From: Promethearchaeota archaeon
Lineage (GTDB): Archaea; Asgardarchaeota; Lokiarchaeia; Sigyniarchaeales; SOKP01
DNA length: 64,000 bases
NCBI GenBank assembly: GCA_048941265.1
Contig: JBHLNT010000001.1
Span: 32,001 to 96,000 of the forward strand
Direction of reading: 5' to 3'
The stretch's first letter is position 1; the number at the start of each line of letters is the position of its first letter. Both the position numbers and the translations under genes were made by a program. Under the pieces are notes generated by a model. It was not told the DNA's origin. It ran no database searches and saw only the letters and a list, made by a program, of their open reading frames with translations. Below, piece by piece: positions 59,342 through 64,000 of the stretch.

Positions 59342-59590
59342 TTAAAAATATTTACGCCAAAAGATGAGTAAAAGAATTCCAAAAGCCACAATTACAGCAA
59401 TAGATAAAATTTTTATTTCTATAAAGGGAGCTTGATAAAAAATCCACAGAAAAGCTCCGATTCCAGCAAGTAATACTAATGCTATCCCGTTTCTTATTTT
59501 AGAAATGGGTTCACCACAATTCGGGCATATTTTATCCCTGAGAGAACATTGTTTTTTGCAGTAAGGACACCTCATAGATATTTCCTCCAA
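59342..59590 (-). CDS. Zinc-ribbon plus 2-TM membrane protein
   Basis: CPYC..CPNCG then two hydrophobic helices; paralog of next ORF. Confidence 0.75.
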   Translation of the reverse strand: MEEISMRCPYCKKQCSLRDKICPNCGEPISKIRNGIALVLLAGIGAFLWIFYQAPFIEIKILSIAVIVAFGILLLIFWRKYF

Positions 59591-59617
59591 TGGTGAGATT
59601 ATTTAAAATACTTTAAA

Positions 59618-59899
59618 CTAATAAAAAATACCATACATATATTGTAAATACCATAGTAAAAAGATTATATAGATTATTAGCAAGACTATAAAGATCCACT
59701 TTAAGGGGAAAGGAATAAATACCGCACAAACAAGAAGAATAAGAAAGACGACCACATTAAAAATAATATTTCTCTGCCTCTTTTCTGCCTCTATTTTTTT
59801 TCTAACCTCACGAACAGATTTACCACATTTAGGGCAAATATCTGCTCGGGGTGAACAATCGTTCCCGCAATGTGGACACTTCATAGAAATATATTCCAA
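59618..59899 (-). CDS. Zinc-ribbon plus 2-TM membrane protein
   Basis: CPHC..CPKCG then two hydrophobic helices; shares ISMxCP..CS.R..ICP. Confidence 0.75.
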   Translation of the reverse strand: MEYISMKCPHCGNDCSPRADICPKCGKSVREVRKKIEAEKRQRNIIFNVVVFLILLVCAVFIPFPLKWIFIVLLIIYIIFLLWYLQYMYGIFY

Positions 59900-60024
59900 T
59901 AATGATTATTTTTTTTTAACATGATAAAGCGATTAGCTTCTATATTTTTAATAAATTATGATAATTATATTAATTAATTATTTCTTCATAAATATTTAAT
60001 ATTAAATTTCAATCGTTTGATAAT

Positions 60025-60885
60025 ATGGGATTCAAAGAAAAACTCAAGGAAATTCTAAAGGAAAGTTTAAGTGAAGAAGAATTATCGCTCCTCCCAAGAG
60101 GCTTTCAATCAATAGGAAAGGTAATGATAGTGAAATTGAATCCAAAAATACTTAAGAAAAAGGAATTAGTAGGCAAAGCTTGTTTAGAGATAAATCCATA
60201 TATGAAATCGGTATATATTAATATGGGAAAAATAAAAGGTAAATTTCGAGAGCCAGAAAATATAGAACTAATTGCGGGCGAAGATGATCCAATCGTAGAA
60301 CATAAAGAACACAGCGTAATTTATAGATTTGATCTCACTAAAATAATGTTTAGTAAGGGAAACATTAATGAACGAAAATTATTAGCTACTCTAGTTAAGG
60401 ATGGAGAAGTTATAGTGGATATGTTTGCCGGTATTGGATATTTTTCTCTGCCTATCGCAAAAAATTCAAATCCTAAAAAAATCTATAGTATAGAATTAAA
60501 TCCAATTTCACATCAATTTCTTGTTGAGAATATAAAATTAAATCATTTGGAAGATGTAATTATTCCAATTTTAGGAGATTGTAAACAAGAAGTCTTAAAT
60601 TTAAGTAAACAAGGGATAAGAGCAGATAGAGTAATTATGGGGATATTCCCTGCCCCTAAAGCTTTTATTAAAGAAGCACTTACATTAACCAAAGATGATG
60701 GAACAATATTTCATTATGAGGGAGTTGTTGAAAAGGAAAGATACATAGATTTATATGCTGAGTTTAATCATATTGCTGAGGAAAATAAATATATTTGTAA
60801 ATTAATTTCATATAGATTTGTTAAAAGTTACGGGCCTAATTTATATCATGTTGTTTTAGATATCAGAGTTTCAGAAAAAAATTAA
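60025..60885 (+). CDS. taw2: Taw2/TYW2-like (Trm5/Met-10 family) SAM-dependent tRNA-modifying enzyme
   Basis: KIMFSKGNINER, VDMFAGIGYFSLPIA, IELNP, ADRVIMG, VKSYGP. Confidence 0.8.
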   Translation: MGFKEKLKEILKESLSEEELSLLPRGFQSIGKVMIVKLNPKILKKKELVGKACLEINPYMKSVYINMGKIKGKFREPENIELIAGEDDPIVEHKEHSVIYRFDLTKIMFSKGNINERKLLATLVKDGEVIVDMFAGIGYFSLPIAKNSNPKKIYSIELNPISHQFLVENIKLNHLEDVIIPILGDCKQEVLNLSKQGIRADRVIMGIFPAPKAFIKEALTLTKDDGTIFHYEGVVEKERYIDLYAEFNHIAEENKYICKLISYRFVKSYGPNLYHVVLDIRVSEKN

Positions 60886-61026
60886 AAGCTTAATTTTCTA
60901 TATGTTTATAAAAAAGTTAGTAAATTTTAATTTAAGAAATAATAAAATTAATTTATCTAAGAGAAAGATATTAAAAAATATATAATATTATAATTTAAAA
61001 AATTAAATTTACCCAGCTGAGCGATT

Positions 61027-62268
61027 TTGCCTGAAAAGCCGACTATTGGGTTAGATTATTCACATAATAATAAATTAACTTTAGAGGCTTCCAGCTATAA
61101 TGAATTTACAAATTTTTTATTCTCATCTGGCTATAAATTAGGAAGGATTGAAGCCGGATTTGATTCATTAAAAAAATTAGAAAATTATGACGCAATAATA
61201 TTATCCACACCTAATAATAGCAATATAGAGAAGAAAGAATTCGAAATTATAGAAAAATATGTGAAAAATGGAGGAAGTCTTTTAATTATTAGTTCAATGG
61301 GAGGCGATTACACAAATAGAACAAACTTAAATGAGTTAACGCAAAAGTTTGGATTTGAATTTGAATCAGATGAAATAAATGACTCAGTGAATTATGTTTT
61401 CTTCCAAAAAAGACCATTAATAACAAGACTTATTCCACATGTTATAAGCGAACAGGTCAAACAACTTGTATTTTCTTCAGCTTGTTCTTTAAAAGTATTA
61501 GATTTTATAGATGATAAGCAAAATATTAAAATTGAGGTGATAGCTAAATCCGGATTAAATTCATGGCATAAAAAATATAACGGAACTGACTGGATTGAGG
61601 AAGATTGTCCCAAAATTCCATTAATCATAACAGTTGAATACTATAATGGAAAAGTGGTTGGTTTTGGAAATTTATCTATGTTTTCTTCTCTTGGGCATGA
61701 ATATGGTTTTTCTGCTTTTGATAATAATATATTAATAGCTAATACTTTGAAGTACTTGACAAGTAGTGCAATTTCTTCAGGTAAGATTATTAATGTCAAT
61801 CTAAATCTCAGCTTATATTATTGGGCAAATAAAATCCTTGAGGACCAAGATTGGGAAAATATTTCTGATATTATTAACGTTGGTGTGAAATATTTTAAGG
61901 ATAATTATAAAGAAGCCATAGAGGATATAAAGAGGATTCAAGAAGAAAAATTAGAAAAGAAAAAAATATTTGAACAGTCTAAAGAAGAGCAAGAGGAAGA
62001 TAAAATCCTAGACATGGTTCCTGTCAGAAAAAAAGAAGATCTTAAAGATATAATGAATGCTTTAGAAGAACTTACAGGAGAAAAATATGAAATTTCCATT
62101 AATTTAGAGGAAGATAATGAAGATAAATTTTTAATAGAAATTGATGGAGATTTAATAGAATATACCTTGGAAGATGCAGATCAGTTTAATATTGAAACTT
62201 CTAAACATGCAATATGGCATGGGAAGCCTACCAAAGCATTCATAGATTGGCTTAATGAAAAGAAATAA
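61027..62268 (+). CDS. GIFT-domain (IFT52/GldG-like) cytoplasmic protein with C-terminal extension
   Basis: LDYSH, YDAIILSTP, YVKNGGSLLII..GGD..TNLNEL..FG, GKVVGFG..F..DN; no signal peptide. Confidence 0.7.
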   Translation: MPEKPTIGLDYSHNNKLTLEASSYNEFTNFLFSSGYKLGRIEAGFDSLKKLENYDAIILSTPNNSNIEKKEFEIIEKYVKNGGSLLIISSMGGDYTNRTNLNELTQKFGFEFESDEINDSVNYVFFQKRPLITRLIPHVISEQVKQLVFSSACSLKVLDFIDDKQNIKIEVIAKSGLNSWHKKYNGTDWIEEDCPKIPLIITVEYYNGKVVGFGNLSMFSSLGHEYGFSAFDNNILIANTLKYLTSSAISSGKIINVNLNLSLYYWANKILEDQDWENISDIINVGVKYFKDNYKEAIEDIKRIQEEKLEKKKIFEQSKEEQEEDKILDMVPVRKKEDLKDIMNALEELTGEKYEISINLEEDNEDKFLIEIDGDLIEYTLEDADQFNIETSKHAIWHGKPTKAFIDWLNEKK

Positions 62269-62635
62269 ACCATAGTTGAGGACCTACCTATTTTATTTCA
62301 ACCCATATTGATATCTTATCGATACCTATAAAAGAGAGAAAAAATGAACTAGAGAACTTTTGTATGAAAAATTCAAAGAAATAAGTTCAATTAAAATCTC
62401 TTATTCATATTTAGAGTTCATCTTAGAAATTATAAATAATTATTTTAATTTTGATTTATCCGGATTGTCAAGCTATTACCTTCCTGAATTTGGCATATAA
62501 TTATTTTATATTATATTGGGGAGAATTAAGTTATGCTAAATATTTTTAATGTTTAATATTTTGTTTAAATAAGCGTTAATTAGAAATAAAATCGTTCGTT
62601 TTCATTTTCAAGAAGTTTTATTTTAAAGTATAGAC

Positions 62636-64000
62636 ATGGATAAATTTCTATTTATTTTAGGGTCAAATTGGCGACTATCTTTAGCAGAACTCGATAATGT
62701 ATTAAAATATTCCCATTATAAAGGAAAGATAACAGATTATTCTGCTAATATTGCTGTAGTACAATTTGAAGATTTACATAAAGATAGACTATATATTAAT
62801 AAATTAATGGAACTCCAATTCATATTAGGAGGCACCCAAAAAATTGCTAGAATTTTCGATTTCATTGATATCAGAACTATTCAAACCGCTTTTCCTCTAA
62901 TTATTGAAAAATTTAAATTAGCAGAACTTTCTAGAAAAAAGATTATTACAATATTGGATACTTTAGTTGATAAAGTCTTTCGAAACATAAAAAATGAGAG
63001 CTTATTCTTTGCAGTATCAATTTATCCAATTCTTTTTGACGAGGAATACTATAAAAAAGTTTTAGTAAAGCATTTTTTACCATTTCTAAATAAGGAAATA
63101 ATGAAGATATTAAAACAGAAAGGAGCGAAAAAATCATTATATTATGAATATCCTACTAAAAATATTAATTCAGGGAACTTGAATCCAATATTTCCCCACC
63201 ATTTAATTAAATATGGTTTATTTAATCAAGATAGAGCAGAAATTATATTTGGATTTACTGAAGAAGGAGTCTATATTGCAAGAACTTTTACTTGTGATGA
63301 TCCCAATTTTAAAAAAAGGATTGATGAACAACGCCCCCATAAGGAATTTAAAAGTGCTATTTCTCCAAAATTAGCCTTAGTTATGCTGAATTTTTTAAAT
63401 TTATTTGAGCAGAGGGAAAACAAAAAGATTCTTGATCCTTTTGTAGGAAATGGTACAATTCTACTTTTTGGCCTAATTGAAGGCTTTCAAATCTTTGGTG
63501 CGGATTTTGACCCAAAAAAAGTTAATAATACTATTCGAAATTTAAATTGGCTATTGGAAGAATTAGAGGAGCCTATTCCGCCCTTATTAGACGAACGAAT
63601 TAGGAAAATTGATATAAAAATGTTATCACATTACTTTAAACAAGACTTTTTTGATGGAATTTGTACAGAACCTTCTTTAGGGCCATATTATAAGCAAAAA
63701 CCCTATTATTCTGAAGTAATAGAAGTTGTAAATAACACGCTTGAGCCAATGTATGAAGCAATCTTTAAGGAGTCTCATAAAATCTTAAAATTACATGGTC
63801 GTATTTGTATTGTTGCTCCAATAATCAGTACTATAGATGGAGGAGATGTTCAAGTAGATATTATGAAATCTGCTATGAAAAACAACTTTAAATTAATTCC
63901 AATGGTAGATTTAAATCGCATAATAAACAAATCTAATATTAAACTACAATTTGGGAAGCAGCACATAAAAAATTTAATAGATGTAAAAAAGGGTCAAATA
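62636..64000 (+). CDS. Trm11/TrmG10-like RNA methyltransferase (3' truncated by window edge; absent from ORF track)
   Basis: ATG 62636 MDKFLFILGSNWRLSLAEL; RP..ISPKLALVMLN, ILDPFVGNGT SAM motif, GADFD, ICTEPSLGP; frame appears open to the window end. Confidence 0.8.
   Translation, partial: MDKFLFILGSNWRLSLAELDNVLKYSHYKGKITDYSANIAVVQFEDLHKDRLYINKLMELQFILGGTQKIARIFDFIDIRTIQTAFPLIIEKFKLAELSRKKIITILDTLVDKVFRNIKNESLFFAVSIYPILFDEEYYKKVLVKHFLPFLNKEIMKILKQKGAKKSLYYEYPTKNINSGNLNPIFPHHLIKYGLFNQDRAEIIFGFTEEGVYIARTFTCDDPNFKKRIDEQRPHKEFKSAISPKLALVMLNFLNLFEQRENKKILDPFVGNGTILLFGLIEGFQIFGADFDPKKVNNTIRNLNWLLEELEEPIPPLLDERIRKIDIKMLSHYFKQDFFDGICTEPSLGPYYKQKPYYSEVIEVVNNTLEPMYEAIFKESHKILKLHGRICIVAPIISTIDGGDVQVDIMKSAMKNNFKLIPMVDLNRIINKSNIKLQFGKQHIKNLIDVKKGQI

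Noticed and set aside
62269-62635. 367-bp gap with imperfect inverted repeats (TTTGGCATA/TATGCTAAA)
   Set aside because: Weak pairing in AT-rich DNA, no credible ORF or recognisable RNA family
62946-63137. Minus-strand 63-aa ORF
   Set aside because: Antisense to the Trm11-like gene starting at 62636
1-64000. CRISPR arrays, tRNA/rRNA genes, transposases, integrases or proviral genes
   Set aside because: No regularly spaced repeats, no GC-rich structured RNA-length segments and no mobile-element protein motifs seen by eye; a covariance-model scan would be needed to exclude small RNAs

Overview
AT-rich (roughly 30% GC by eye), densely coding archaeal DNA, very probably from an Asgard archaeon (Lokiarchaeia-like). 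This is inferred from archaeal information-processing genes (short XPF, PUA protein, Taw2, Trm11-like), F420-type FrhB domains and several eukaryotic-signature-like proteins (Rab-like GTPase, longin-GTPase fusion, EAP30/Vps22-36-like winged-helix proteins, IFT52-like GIFT protein, C2-like protein). I saw no rRNA, tRNA, CRISPR array or intact mobile element. Top candidates for new biology: (1) a seven-gene operon (21.5-28.6 kb) joining bacterial-type PlsC acyltransferases and a HAD phosphatase to a split PlsA/PlsR/Ger-type radical reductase, i.e. a candidate fatty-acyl ester-to-ether (plasmalogen or alkyl-ether) lipid pathway in an archaeon; (2) two tandem membrane-anchored proteins, each with two ESCRT-II (Vps22/36)-like modules, near small GTPases; (3) an NfnA plus duplicated ferredoxin-FrhB-NfnB fusion operon led by an HdrD-like protein with an inserted NfnB/GltD module; (4) a KDSR-like reductase, kinase, aminotransferase and acyl-CoA ligase cluster; (5) a Rab-fold pseudo-GTPase, a 7TM triplet, and three genes that appear to start at non-canonical codons (ATT, ATA, CTG). 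All family assignments come from motif recognition by eye, with no database search.
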